This document shows, one piece after another, positions 1 to 9,352 of a stretch of 64,000 nt of DNA. The DNA comes from Candidatus Woykebacteria bacterium (lineage in GTDB: Bacteria > Patescibacteriota > Microgenomatia > Woykebacterales > RBG-16-39-9b), in the NCBI GenBank assembly GCA_040876345.1, contig JBBDPM010000004.1, positions 14,980 to 78,979 of the forward strand, written 5' to 3'. Numbering within the stretch: the first letter of the stretch is position 1; each line of letters starts with the position of its first letter. The notes beneath the pieces are model-generated. The model ran no database searches, had not been told where the DNA came from, and saw nothing but the letters and a program-made list of their open reading frames with translations. Position numbers and translations under genes: made by a program.

Positions 1-330
1 TTCCATGCCATTTTCATCTTTGATAGCAAACTTGTCAGTTATAAACCGTCCAACACTAGTGATACGCTGTTGACCATCCAAAACTTCCAAATTGCTAGCA
101 CTCACTTTATTAAAATAAATTAAACCTATCGGGTACCCCTTAAGAACTGATTCAATAACGGCCATTTCTTTCTTACCACCGTCAGACGCATAAATATAGT
201 TGCGTTGGTATTCTGGCTGGATAGTCAATTTACCAGACAAACCAAATAGACCTTTACCCTCCAGTTCGTTATAGACAAATCCATCACAGATTTCTTTTAC
301 AGTTATGGTAGTTTCTAAAATTGTTTTCAT
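1..330 (-). CDS. DUF262 (GmrSD/ParB-like) domain protein, 5' part only; C-terminus runs off the window
   Basis: Manual translation from ATG 330: [18 protein letters not shown]...[10 protein letters not shown]...[11 protein letters not shown]; YQR and DGQQR are DUF262 motifs; 1 nt from the upstream MTase stop. Confidence 0.85.
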   Translation of the reverse strand, partial: MKTILETTITVKEICDGFVYNELEGKGLFGLSGKLTIQPEYQRNYIYASDGGKKEMAVIESVLKGYPIGLIYFNKVSASNLEVLDGQQRITSVGRFITDKFAIKDENGME

Positions 331-331
331 A

Positions 332-1522
332 TTATTTTTTCTTGTATTTAATAATTACTCTCATGTAAGGAATAGTGGCCTTTCCGTTTTCATTATAATA
401 GCCAAGAATTGGATGGTCTTCACTAATTGATCCTGTGCCTCCATTTTGATAATAATTACTTACAAACTCTTTATTTAAACCCTTTGGTGTAAGCTCTCTA
501 TATAAGTTACCTTGACCTAATCCAATAATTTCAAACTGCTCGGGAGAATACTTATCCAAAAAGCTAATCGGGACACCCATCAAACCGTTATAATCGCTCG
601 GGATATTTTTTACCAATGATACTTCTATCGCCTCATAATTGTCATATTTGTCATATGGTTTTTTTGTTACAAACTTGATTACCTCTGCCTTGGTCATAAG
701 CGGTAATGGTTCGTGACGACGTCCATGATCAAGGTTGGTGAACCAGCGGACGCCTTGCACTCTAGTGATATAAACTTTCTTGCCACTTTCATTTGTTTTT
801 ATTTCACGAACTTGCTCTAAATTTGCAATACCTTCTGGTATCTCAAAAAACATTGCACCACCATTGATTTTATAATTATTACCTAACCAAATTTTATTAT
901 CCTTAATTAGAGGAAATATATTCGTATATTTTAAAGCATTCAAGTTGCCGATGATCAAAAACTTTTTGTCATACTTAACAAGTTGTTGTATATACTCACG
1001 AAACAAACTGAATGGCGGATTAGTTACCACAATGTCAGATTGTTTCAGTAAATCTATAGACTCGTCACTACGAAAGTCGCCATCTCCTTCTAGTGGCGTC
1101 CATTCGTTATTCTTGTTTGCCTTTAACTGCTTGGCGACATCTTTTAAGTTAAATTCGCCATCACCGTCTATATCTTTCACTTCGTTGATAATAAATTTGT
1201 TGGCGGTTATCTTCGGACGTCCTTTTGACTTTGTGAGAGTTTTGTCGTCGCCAAATAATTGTAGTTGCGTGTTGGCGACAGGTGATGGCTTGTAGCTGGT
1301 AGTGATAAGCTGATTTAATCCGAGTTTGTTAAAATTGAGCACGAAATAGCGAAAAAAATTGCTTTCAAACGGATCGTCGCAGTTGCAATATATTACCTTA
1401 CCTCGGAATACATCGGGGTTATATTCTAAATATGCCCCAATCTCTTTCTGAATATCGCTATATTGGGTATAAAACTCGTCGTTCTTTACCCGTTTTGCAT
1501 TTGTAAGATTTTTGTTTGCCAT
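332..1522 (-). CDS. Adenine-specific DNA methyltransferase, EcoRI family
   Basis: [29 protein letters not shown] motifs; start MANKNL at 1522 avoids overlap with upstream gene. Confidence 0.9.
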   Translation of the reverse strand: MANKNLTNAKRVKNDEFYTQYSDIQKEIGAYLEYNPDVFRGKVIYCNCDDPFESNFFRYFVLNFNKLGLNQLITTSYKPSPVANTQLQLFGDDKTLTKSKGRPKITANKFIINEVKDIDGDGEFNLKDVAKQLKANKNNEWTPLEGDGDFRSDESIDLLKQSDIVVTNPPFSLFREYIQQLVKYDKKFLIIGNLNALKYTNIFPLIKDNKIWLGNNYKINGGAMFFEIPEGIANLEQVREIKTNESGKKVYITRVQGVRWFTNLDHGRRHEPLPLMTKAEVIKFVTKKPYDKYDNYEAIEVSLVKNIPSDYNGLMGVPISFLDKYSPEQFEIIGLGQGNLYRELTPKGLNKEFVSNYYQNGGTGSISEDHPILGYYNENGKATIPYMRVIIKYKKK

Positions 1523-1526
1523 AAAA

Positions 1527-2138
1527 TTATTCTCCACTCTCAATTCTTCGTCTGCGTTCATCGAGGGTTTCGCCGTCATACATCCAGTAATCAGTGCCTG
1601 CAACATTATAAGTAACCCCGAGAATTTTTTGAGCGGATGTTGAAAGACTTGTCACTTCACCACTATACTCAATTGATTTTCCTGAATTAAGATTTACGAC
1701 TTTAGCTTTTTTAGACTCGTCACGGCTGAAATAAATTTCAGAACCTAACGGAATGTTTGCCAATTCAAAATTAAACCTTCCACGCCGCTCAAGCGCTTCC
1801 TCGTGCGCCTCACGGTCTTCCTTAGATTCAATTAAATCTTTTTTAGGAGTAATATTTTCAACCTCTGCCAATTTTAAAGCCGCGACCACACGTTCCGGTG
1901 CAATTTGAAAGAATTCCCGACGTGGGTTCACACGGTTGTTATCAAAGGCATCGTGAAGTTGGTGTTCAACGAATTGAGAATTTTTTACAGTGCAAGCATA
2001 GAAAACTATAAAAGGTAACGGTACGCTAGTTGATGCACTTAATTCTCGAACGCGTTGTTCAAGGTTGTTATTTGTTTTCCCAATCTTCACATAACCAGGC
2101 ATCGCTTCATTAGTCAGGATATAAATAATCTCATTCAT
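1527..2138 (-). CDS. GIY-YIG (T5orf172-like) nuclease-domain protein
   Basis: IYILTNEAMPGYVKIGKT...STSVPLPF...RREFF signature. Confidence 0.85.
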   Translation of the reverse strand: MNEIIYILTNEAMPGYVKIGKTNNNLEQRVRELSASTSVPLPFIVFYACTVKNSQFVEHQLHDAFDNNRVNPRREFFQIAPERVVAALKLAEVENITPKKDLIESKEDREAHEEALERRGRFNFELANIPLGSEIYFSRDESKKAKVVNLNSGKSIEYSGEVTSLSTSAQKILGVTYNVAGTDYWMYDGETLDERRRRIESGE

Positions 2139-2203
2139 ATATTTTAATCAGCTTTGATCTAACATCAGTCTCGTTATCTGATAGTTTCATAATTTTATTT
2201 AGC

Positions 2204-2270
2204 TTGATTTTATCAAAAAAAGCTTGAATTAAACAGAAGAACTTTACTTTTAGATTGTTATAACAGAAAA
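2204..2270. repeat. 67-bp direct repeat, copy 1 (contains minus-strand TG-n-TAAAAT -10-like box)
   Basis: Matches 3235-3301 with 5 mismatches; first 33 nt identical. Confidence 0.9.
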
Positions 2271-2444
2271 ATTGAATTAAGGGCGGAAAACCCAAATCTT
2301 CAATATTGACCGAGGCAATTTAATTTTGGAAGTATAGAAATAAGGGGAAAGTATGTTGGTTTACTGCGAAAAGCAAGTTAGGCTAATTAATCAGGAGAGT
2401 TTTATCTTTGGATTATTGTAGAAGAAAATTCGTACTATGTGAAA

Positions 2445-2473
2445 TTGACATTACTTGACAAAGTTGTTAATAT
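2445..2473 (+). promoter_or_regulatory. Sigma70-type promoter for the DUF3800-associated RNA
   Basis: TTGACA (2445-2450), 17 nt, TAATAT (2468-2473) with extended TG; predicted start ~2481. Confidence 0.6.
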
Positions 2474-2480
2474 ATATTTT

Positions 2481-2579
2481 GGATGAGTGATAAGTCCGAT
2501 ACAGGTTGTTCTTAGTGTTCCCATTCATCTGTTTGGCTAAGCTAGGACAAAACAAGCCTGTAAGGCAACTCATCCTTTT
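2481..2579 (+). ncRNA. Candidate DUF3800-associated structured RNA, convergent to the DUF3800 gene
   Basis: GGATGAGT 2481-88 pairs ACTCATCC 2568-75; nested ACAGGTTGTT/AACAAGCCTGT and CTTAG/CTAAG stems; T-run after; promoter before. Confidence 0.6.
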
Positions 2580-3226
2580 AAGTATAAATCCTCAAACTTT
2601 ACTTTCTCCTTAAAAGTTTCTAACCACTCTGTATCTCTTCTCTCATATTTTTGAAAGACTCCCCAGCAAAACATATCGGCAACCTGCAGCCCAGCACTTT
2701 GTTTCGAATCCCAATGATACATATCAAGAGTTACTTTGGGATCTAATCTACCTTGAATTTGAGAGCGGATATAAAAATTAAACTCATCAATCTCGGGTTT
2801 ACTTTTGGACCTATCAATAATAAGCTCGACCCTGTTTACATGGTTCTTTTCAAAAGGAATTTTGTCGATAACTTGTCTTGCAATAAAATTGTAAACTCTG
2901 GGTTTATCTTTAGTGAGTCTATCAAAGACCCTCTTCTTATTGAGAGTTATTGCATAAATCTCAAATTTAACTTTACTTAATTGATTGTAGAAGTACTGCT
3001 TAACTTCTAAAGTTGTATCTTTTCCTTTTAACTCTTCAACAATTCTTCTGCGGTGCCTTTTGGGGTTTAGTTTTCTACGCAGGGTAACCTTTACCCCTTT
3101 TGTTAATTTTCGATTGTCTTCTATCCCACTCACAGCCAAAATAGAAATCGTGAAGAATTTTGAAGGTTTTTTGTTGACAAAGTCAAACCCTAAATCACCA
3201 CTTTCGTCTAAGTATAAATACCACAT
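2570..3226 (-). CDS. DUF3800 family protein (RNase H-like fold)
   Basis: N-terminal YLYLDESGDLG and C-terminal DSK...GLQVADMFC motifs. Confidence 0.88.
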   Translation of the reverse strand: MWYLYLDESGDLGFDFVNKKPSKFFTISILAVSGIEDNRKLTKGVKVTLRRKLNPKRHRRRIVEELKGKDTTLEVKQYFYNQLSKVKFEIYAITLNKKRVFDRLTKDKPRVYNFIARQVIDKIPFEKNHVNRVELIIDRSKSKPEIDEFNFYIRSQIQGRLDPKVTLDMYHWDSKQSAGLQVADMFCWGVFQKYERRDTEWLETFKEKVKFEDLYLKG

Positions 3227-3234
3227 AGTTCCGT

Positions 3235-3301
3235 TTGATTTTATCAAAAAAAGCTTGAATTAAACAGGAGAACTTTATCTTTAGATTGTTATAGCAAAAA
3301 A
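3235..3301. repeat. 67-bp direct repeat, copy 2
   Basis: Matches 2204-2270. Confidence 0.9.
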
Positions 3302-3434
3302 TACGTGATCATAAAACTGCTTGACTTGTAATTTTAACTCTGATATAAATTGATTCACTTAAATATTGTTTGTTCTGAACACTGCCTCAAAAGGCAGTTT
3401 TTTGTTTCTAATCCACCCGAAAGGGGGTGAAGGC

Positions 3435-3767
3435 ATGAAAAAACTTATTGTATTACAGTCATTATTTGTAACCTCTCTGATTGTTGCCGCTCCGGCGTTT
3501 GCACAGAGCGCAGATGTGTCTAAAATCTCGAACTTTATCCAAAACATAATTACAATCTTAGTTACTCTCTCAGGATTTGTGGCAACAGGCTTTTTCGTCT
3601 GGGGAGGATTCAGCTACATTACCAGTACCGGAAACCCTGAATCACTGGATAGATCAAAAAAGACGATCTTCTATTCAGCAATCGGTTTGGCAATTGTACT
3701 TGGAGCATTTGTTATCAGTAATATTGTCACTCAGGTTGCAACTGGCGCGTTTGGCACAGGTAACTAA
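3435..3767 (+). CDS. VirB2/TrbC-like pilin
   Basis: Signal peptide (APAFA) plus two TMs flanking GGFSYITSTGNPE...SKKTI; SD-like AAGGGGGTG upstream. Confidence 0.75.
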   Translation: MKKLIVLQSLFVTSLIVAAPAFAQSADVSKISNFIQNIITILVTLSGFVATGFFVWGGFSYITSTGNPESLDRSKKTIFYSAIGLAIVLGAFVISNIVTQVATGAFGTGN

Positions 3768-3792
3768 GGCAACTCTCTTAAGCCTAAATGTT

Positions 3793-5082
3793 ATGAGAAT
3801 GTTAACTTTTTTTGGCGCCGTGGCCTTATTTCTAATATCGACTACTTCGGCATATGCCGCGAGTAACACTGAAATTGCCAATTTTACCAACCAAACCCTT
3901 TCTGTCTTAATTATTATTGCTTCTTTGGCCTGTACTTTTTTCTTAATCAAGGGCGGTTATGCCTATATAACTTCAACTGGAAAACCCTATTCCCTTGAGA
4001 ACGCTAAAACCACAATTAGAAACGCACTTATTGGTTTTGTAGTTGTTCTGGGAGCTGGAGTAATTTCTTCCCTTTTAAATAATGCCTTTACCACACCAAC
4101 ATCCGGTCTAAATCCAAGTCAACTTAGTCTGACTCCAATCGTGCCTTCAACTCCAACCGGCGGTTTAACGCAAATACTACTTGATGCCGTATCCGGTTTT
4201 CTACAAAATATTGTTCAAAGTGCAACCAAGCCATTAACTGACGGGATCGTTTCCTTTCTGACTACAACACCGTCTCTGGTTTCAAACTCGGTCATTTTTA
4301 ACTTTTGGTTGGTCGTAGTCGGCATTACCGATTCGCTCTTTGCGCTGGTAATTGCCCTTTTAGGTTTCCACTTGATGAGTGCTTCAACTTTTGGGTTTGG
4401 TGAAATAGAGTTTAAACATTTACTCCCAAGAGTGGGCCTGGCCTTTTTACTAGCCAATACCTCAATCTTTCTGGCTGACTGGGTCGTTCAAAGCTGTAAT
4501 GTACTGGTCTCGGCGGTCCTGCATGCAACCGGGGGTATAAACAACGCTCTGGTAACAAATGCATTTGATCCGACTGCACTCTCAACCGGTACAACTCCGC
4601 TTATTATGCTGATTTTTATGATCCTGTTTGTAATTTTAGCAATAGTCCTGCTGCTTTTTTACGTCAGCCGGCTGATTTTTATTGCCTTAGGTGCAGTCCT
4701 CGCACCTCTTATCTTTCTTTTATGGGCAGTTCCAAAATTTACCGACTTTGCCGAAATTTCGATGAAAACCTACATCTTCACCGTATTTACGATTTTTGTT
4801 CATGTCGTAGTTATTCAACTTTCAACTGCATTTTTAACCCTGCCCGGACAAGTCGGAACAAATTCTCTGATTTCAATACTAGTTGGAATTGGGCTTTTGT
4901 TTACTCTTTTAAAAACTCCTTCAATCATGATGCAGTTGGTTTTCTACACTGCCGGTAATAGCTTGATTAAAAAAGTTGGCGGCCAAATTATGAACGTCAT
5001 GACCACGGATAAAAATGCGCCAGGAACAGTCGAGGAAACTGGTAGAGCTGTTTCTACCCCGAGAAAGGTGGTCAAGGCGTGA
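3793..5082 (+). CDS. VirB6/TrbL-like polytopic conjugation membrane protein with N-terminal pilin-like segment
   Basis: GGYAYITSTGKP pilin-like repeat followed by many TM helices; operon position. Confidence 0.7.
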   Translation: MRMLTFFGAVALFLISTTSAYAASNTEIANFTNQTLSVLIIIASLACTFFLIKGGYAYITSTGKPYSLENAKTTIRNALIGFVVVLGAGVISSLLNNAFTTPTSGLNPSQLSLTPIVPSTPTGGLTQILLDAVSGFLQNIVQSATKPLTDGIVSFLTTTPSLVSNSVIFNFWLVVVGITDSLFALVIALLGFHLMSASTFGFGEIEFKHLLPRVGLAFLLANTSIFLADWVVQSCNVLVSAVLHATGGINNALVTNAFDPTALSTGTTPLIMLIFMILFVILAIVLLLFYVSRLIFIALGAVLAPLIFLLWAVPKFTDFAEISMKTYIFTVFTIFVHVVVIQLSTAFLTLPGQVGTNSLISILVGIGLLFTLLKTPSIMMQLVFYTAGNSLIKKVGGQIMNVMTTDKNAPGTVEETGRAVSTPRKVVKA

Positions 5083-5597
5083 GAACTCAAGTAATTCCAG
5101 CCCAAATCACCACAGTTGAGGATAAAATTGCCGGAAGTCTGAATTTAACCCAAATAATTCTTTTGATCTTTCCAGCTTTCTGGGCAACTATTGTTTATTC
5201 CTTATTTATCCCGAGACTTCAGCTTTCCTTATATAAATTACCACTGGTTTTGATTGTTTTGATCCTTTGTCTTGCTCTTTCAGTTCGAATTAAAGGCAGG
5301 GTGGTAATTAACTGGCTAGTAACAATTTTTAGATATAACCTGCGTCCGAAATACTATGTATTTGATAAGAACGATAGCTTTGCCAGAACACTGGATTTGC
5401 CTAACTTTAAAATGAGACAAAAATCCCAAATCAAGAAAACTATTACAATAGATGAAACCGAGAAAATTGCCGCCCCGGTAACAATTGGCAATTTAGTAAA
5501 ACTGGAAGGATTATTTACAAATCCTAAATACAGCTTTTCATTTAAATCAGGCCGAAAAGGAGGCTTAGATGTTGCTTTTAAACAAGAACAAAAATAG
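5079..5597 (+). CDS. PrgI-family (VirB3-like) protein
   Basis: IPAQITTVEDKIAGSLNLTQ plus two TMs; overlaps previous stop (GTGA). Confidence 0.8.
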   Translation: MRTQVIPAQITTVEDKIAGSLNLTQIILLIFPAFWATIVYSLFIPRLQLSLYKLPLVLIVLILCLALSVRIKGRVVINWLVTIFRYNLRPKYYVFDKNDSFARTLDLPNFKMRQKSQIKKTITIDETEKIAAPVTIGNLVKLEGLFTNPKYSFSFKSGRKGGLDVAFKQEQK

Positions 5598-6189
5598 GGT
5601 CAGCTCAAGGCGCCAAATTCAGATCAAAGAGGTCAAAAACGGCACTTTAGTTCTGCCAGACAATGAATACAGATTAATTATTGAAACCTCCTCAATAAAC
5701 TTCGAGCTTAAAAGTGAGGAGGAGCAGGATATTTTAATTGACAATTTCCAAAACTTTCTTAACTCGCTTCCCTGTGAGCTTCAAGTTCTGGTTCGGGTTC
5801 GTGAAGTCGATATCGACCGTTATTTGGAGGAAATCGGTAAGAGCAAAGCGACTGAGCGCGAGAAGGTTTATCGAGATCAAATCAAAAACTACTGTAGTTT
5901 TATTAAAAACTTGGTGGCCGGCAATAAAATTTTATCACGGCGTTTTTACGTGGTTATCCCTTATAAGAATTCTGACAAAAACAGAGAGTTTGCACTAATT
6001 GAGGAACAAATTAACTTGCAGAAAGATATTATCCTGAGAGGCCTGGAGAAGCTAGGAATGAAAGCCAGGGTTTTGGACAGCTTAGAGCTTCTCGACCTGT
6101 TCTACAGCTTCTACAGCCCTGCACAGGCCAAAACTCAGGAGCTTAAAGGCCACACCATCGAAGCCCTGCTGGAGAATCAATATGTTTAA
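5569..6189 (+). CDS. TraC/VirB4-associated conjugation protein
   Basis: SSINFELKSEEEQ...FLNSL motif typical of the gene between prgI and virB4. Confidence 0.7.
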   Translation: MLLLNKNKNRVSSRRQIQIKEVKNGTLVLPDNEYRLIIETSSINFELKSEEEQDILIDNFQNFLNSLPCELQVLVRVREVDIDRYLEEIGKSKATEREKVYRDQIKNYCSFIKNLVAGNKILSRRFYVVIPYKNSDKNREFALIEEQINLQKDIILRGLEKLGMKARVLDSLELLDLFYSFYSPAQAKTQELKGHTIEALLENQYV

Positions 6190-8032
6190 TACTCTTGAAA
6201 AGCTAAATGAAATATCAGCACCTTATCTTGAGAAGCTCAAGAAAGTTAACCGCCGTAAGCGAACTTCCAAGAAAGAACAGGTTAAAAGATCATTTCAATT
6301 TAACTTTGGGGAGCAAGATCAAATTGATTTAATTTCTTACTCCGGTCTTGAAGAAAACAGCACTTACCTTCAGGTTGATAATAAATTTGTTCGAACACTT
6401 TTTATTTCCGGCTTTCCTTATGTAGCCTCAACCGGCTGGCTAAACATGCTGATTAATTTCAATCACAACATTGATATTTCTTATCACATTGAACAGGTAG
6501 ATCCCATTTATGCCCTGCCTAAACTCAACCGGAAAATTACTGAACTTGAATCAACTAAACGAGCCATGCTCAAAGACGGCAAAGTCATAGGTTCGGAAAT
6601 AACTGATCCGCTCAAATCAGCCATAGAGCTTAAAGACAAAATTCAAAGAGGTCAGGAAAAACTCTTCCAAGTCTCAATTTATATGACCATCTCAGCTGAC
6701 AGCTTAGTTGAGCTAAATAAAACAACCACAATTTTGGAAACTGTTATGTCGACCCGACTTTTTTATATCAAAACCGCCACCTTTCAACAGTTAGAGGGAT
6801 TGCAATCCACATTGCCCCGAGCAGAAAACATCTTAAACCAAAGACGCAATCTGGACAGCTCTTCGGCGGCCTTAACTTTTCCCTTTGTTTCCTCAGAACT
6901 CGTGCAGGAGTCCGGAATACTTTATGGAATCAATAAATCGAATAATTCACTCGTAATTATTGATAGGTTCTCGCTAAATAACGCTAACAGTATTGTCTTT
7001 GCCCAATCCGGAAGTGGTAAAAGTTACACCGCTAAAGTGGAAATTCTCAGACAACTGATGCAAGGAACAAAAGTCATTGTAATTGATCCGGAACGTGAAT
7101 ATAAACAATTAGCGGCGTCAGTAAACGGAACCTATATCAAGTTATCAGCCAAATCCATAGAGAAAATAAACCCTTTTGACTTTTCTTTAAGTTCTTATGG
7201 TGCCGAAAACGATTTAGCGGAGCATATTCAGGATTTAACGGAAATTATTTCTCTCATCGTCGGGGGCTTAAATTCAGAGGAAAAAGCCATTGTTGATAAA
7301 GCAATCATCCAAACCTACAAACAACAAGGTTTCTCACTGAATTACACATATATTCCAAAAGAGAATAAAAGTACTCGAGGTCGAAAGCCAAAAGATAGAA
7401 CTTACCCGCTACTGAAAGACTTTTACCAAGTCTTAAAAGAAATGCGACAAAAAGACCTTTGTGATCGTTTGGAAAAGTTTGTCAACGGGTCACTCTCTTC
7501 GGTCTTTGATTCCCAGACTAATATTGAACTTAATAATAGGCTAGTTGTCTTTGACATCAAAGACTTAAATGAATCTCTGCGAGAAATAATGATGTTAGCG
7601 GTTGCAAACTTTGTTAATTCGCAAGTTAAATCAAGCCCGCAGAAACAAATTCTAGTAATTGATGAGGGCTGGTTACTCCTGGAACATGAAGAGAGCGCCA
7701 GATTCGTTTCGGCACTTGTGAGGCGAGCCAGAAAATATTACTTGGGGGTAACGATTATTTCCCAACAGGCAAATGATTTTCTAAACAGTGAATATGGTCG
7801 GGCGATTGCGTCCCAGTCGTCGCTTAGAATCTTAATGAGGCAAGACACAACCACGATTAAAAAGGTGGCTGAAGAGTTTAAATTAAGCGAGTATGAAGAA
7901 CAGTTTCTTTTAACCTGTGATCGTGGAGAGGCACTGATAATTTCCGATCAGAACCACGTTGCCCTAAAAGTTGTTGCCTCAGACAAGGAACATCCTCTCC
8001 TAACTACTGACCCCAGAGAGATCTACATTTAA
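6182..8032 (+). CDS. VirB4-like conjugation ATPase
   Basis: Walker A AQSGSGKS, VIDPEREY, Walker B VIDEGW, RRARKY. Confidence 0.9.
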   Translation: MFNTLEKLNEISAPYLEKLKKVNRRKRTSKKEQVKRSFQFNFGEQDQIDLISYSGLEENSTYLQVDNKFVRTLFISGFPYVASTGWLNMLINFNHNIDISYHIEQVDPIYALPKLNRKITELESTKRAMLKDGKVIGSEITDPLKSAIELKDKIQRGQEKLFQVSIYMTISADSLVELNKTTTILETVMSTRLFYIKTATFQQLEGLQSTLPRAENILNQRRNLDSSSAALTFPFVSSELVQESGILYGINKSNNSLVIIDRFSLNNANSIVFAQSGSGKSYTAKVEILRQLMQGTKVIVIDPEREYKQLAASVNGTYIKLSAKSIEKINPFDFSLSSYGAENDLAEHIQDLTEIISLIVGGLNSEEKAIVDKAIIQTYKQQGFSLNYTYIPKENKSTRGRKPKDRTYPLLKDFYQVLKEMRQKDLCDRLEKFVNGSLSSVFDSQTNIELNNRLVVFDIKDLNESLREIMMLAVANFVNSQVKSSPQKQILVIDEGWLLLEHEESARFVSALVRRARKYYLGVTIISQQANDFLNSEYGRAIASQSSLRILMRQDTTTIKKVAEEFKLSEYEEQFLLTCDRGEALIISDQNHVALKVVASDKEHPLLTTDPREIYI

Positions 8033-8036
8033 TCCA

Positions 8037-8669
8037 GTGTCTCCAAATCTTTCCGCGATTGCAGCAATTTGGTCTTTCCGTCGAGAACTAAAATTTGTTT
8101 TCTTCGCCTTTCTAATTACCTTACTTATTCCCGTGCTTGCCGTCATTTTAGTTGCCAATATCGGCTTGAGTGTAGTTTCCAATGCGCTGGCGACAATAAA
8201 CCTGCAGAACAACACTGTCGAAATCCATGATCCGAGAACCGGACAAATAGTCCAGGAGCTTAAAATAACCGCTGTCTGGCCGGTACACGGGATTGTGACC
8301 CTGGAATTCGGCGAAAGCAACTTTCCTTTCCAGGTTTTTCATACCGGAATAGACATAGCCAGTCCTACGAGACAAATTGGCGATCCAGTGACACCTTTTA
8401 TGGAAGGAACGGTAACTTTTGCCGGAGAAATTCCCCTGGGACTTGGAAAACACGTCATAATTGATCACGGAAATAATATTACTTCCTATTACGGTCACTT
8501 AAGTGCCATTTATGTAGTAAAGGGACAAAAAGTAAAACCGGGCGACATAATTGGGGCGGAAGGAGAAACCGGCTGGGCAACTGGTCCACACGTGCATTTT
8601 CAAATTAATGTCTATGGAATCCCAGTTAACCCAAGAACTTTTTTACAAGGCAACCCTTCTTTAAGGTGA
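8037..8669 (+). CDS. M23 family metallopeptidase (peptidoglycan hydrolase) with N-terminal TM
   Basis: HTGIDIA, YGHLS, TGPHVHF. Confidence 0.9.
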   Translation: MSPNLSAIAAIWSFRRELKFVFFAFLITLLIPVLAVILVANIGLSVVSNALATINLQNNTVEIHDPRTGQIVQELKITAVWPVHGIVTLEFGESNFPFQVFHTGIDIASPTRQIGDPVTPFMEGTVTFAGEIPLGLGKHVIIDHGNNITSYYGHLSAIYVVKGQKVKPGDIIGAEGETGWATGPHVHFQINVYGIPVNPRTFLQGNPSLR

Positions 8670-8708
8670 AATACAAACTATCTCTAAAGATTGTATAATG
8701 AGGAAAAT

Positions 8709-8915
8709 ATGAACTCTCAAGAACAGCTAGGTAAAAACTTAAAAAAAGCTAGACAAAAGTCTGGAATGACCCAGGCCACTGTGGCTGAAAAGGCCGAGGT
8801 ACATGTTAATTATTATGCTAGAATTGAAAGAGGTGAGGTAAACCCGTCGATTGAAATCTTGGAGAACATAGCCAAAGCTTTGAAAGTAAACTCTTCTGAA
8901 ATCTTACCTTTTTAA
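8709..8915 (+). CDS. XRE-family HTH regulator
   Basis: GMTQATVAEKAEVHVNYYARIERGEVNPS. Confidence 0.88.
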   Translation: MNSQEQLGKNLKKARQKSGMTQATVAEKAEVHVNYYARIERGEVNPSIEILENIAKALKVNSSEILPF

Positions 8916-9352
8916 ATAAATCTCTTGAGTTTCAGAAAATCAAACATTTGATTTACAGTTTCAGATCCTTCTATCCTTCTCATTATTTCGCGGCTGTGGT
9001 TTTGGGAAAAAATGTTAAGACTGCCTTCCCAGAGAACAGTTCTATCAAGTATGGCCAGCTTTCGATGGTGATTGCCCAGGCAAATTAGCACTTGAACTCC
9101 TACGACTTCAAATGCTCGTATTCCCGTCTCGGATTGTTGTTCGAGTTTGATCTCATGCTCCTTTGGATTTCTCGTAATGACGAACACCCTTACATTTTTG
9201 TTTAGCAATTTTTTAAGAATTGGTAAGAATAATTTCATTCTTTCGTTGGTTATATAAGGACTTTCAATAATTACTTCCTTTTGACAACTGACTAGGTCTT
9301 TTATAAAAGCTTGGTAAAAAGTTGTCTCATCAAAGAGTTGGGAGGAGAACAT
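8912..9352 (-). CDS. Single-domain phospholipase D-like nuclease
   Basis: HRKLAILD (HxKxxxxD) and GSLN; TAATG-coupled to the recombinase stop. Confidence 0.85.
   Translation of the reverse strand: MFSSQLFDETTFYQAFIKDLVSCQKEVIIESPYITNERMKLFLPILKKLLNKNVRVFVITRNPKEHEIKLEQQSETGIRAFEVVGVQVLICLGNHHRKLAILDRTVLWEGSLNIFSQNHSREIMRRIEGSETVNQMFDFLKLKRFI

Noticed and set aside
1523-1606. N-terminal extension of the MTase ORF
   Set aside because: Overlaps the GIY-YIG gene on the same strand; family-like sequence starts at MANKNL
3577-3792. N-terminal extension of the 501-aa ORF
   Set aside because: Out-of-frame overlap with the pilin gene; ATG 3793 gives a signal-peptide start
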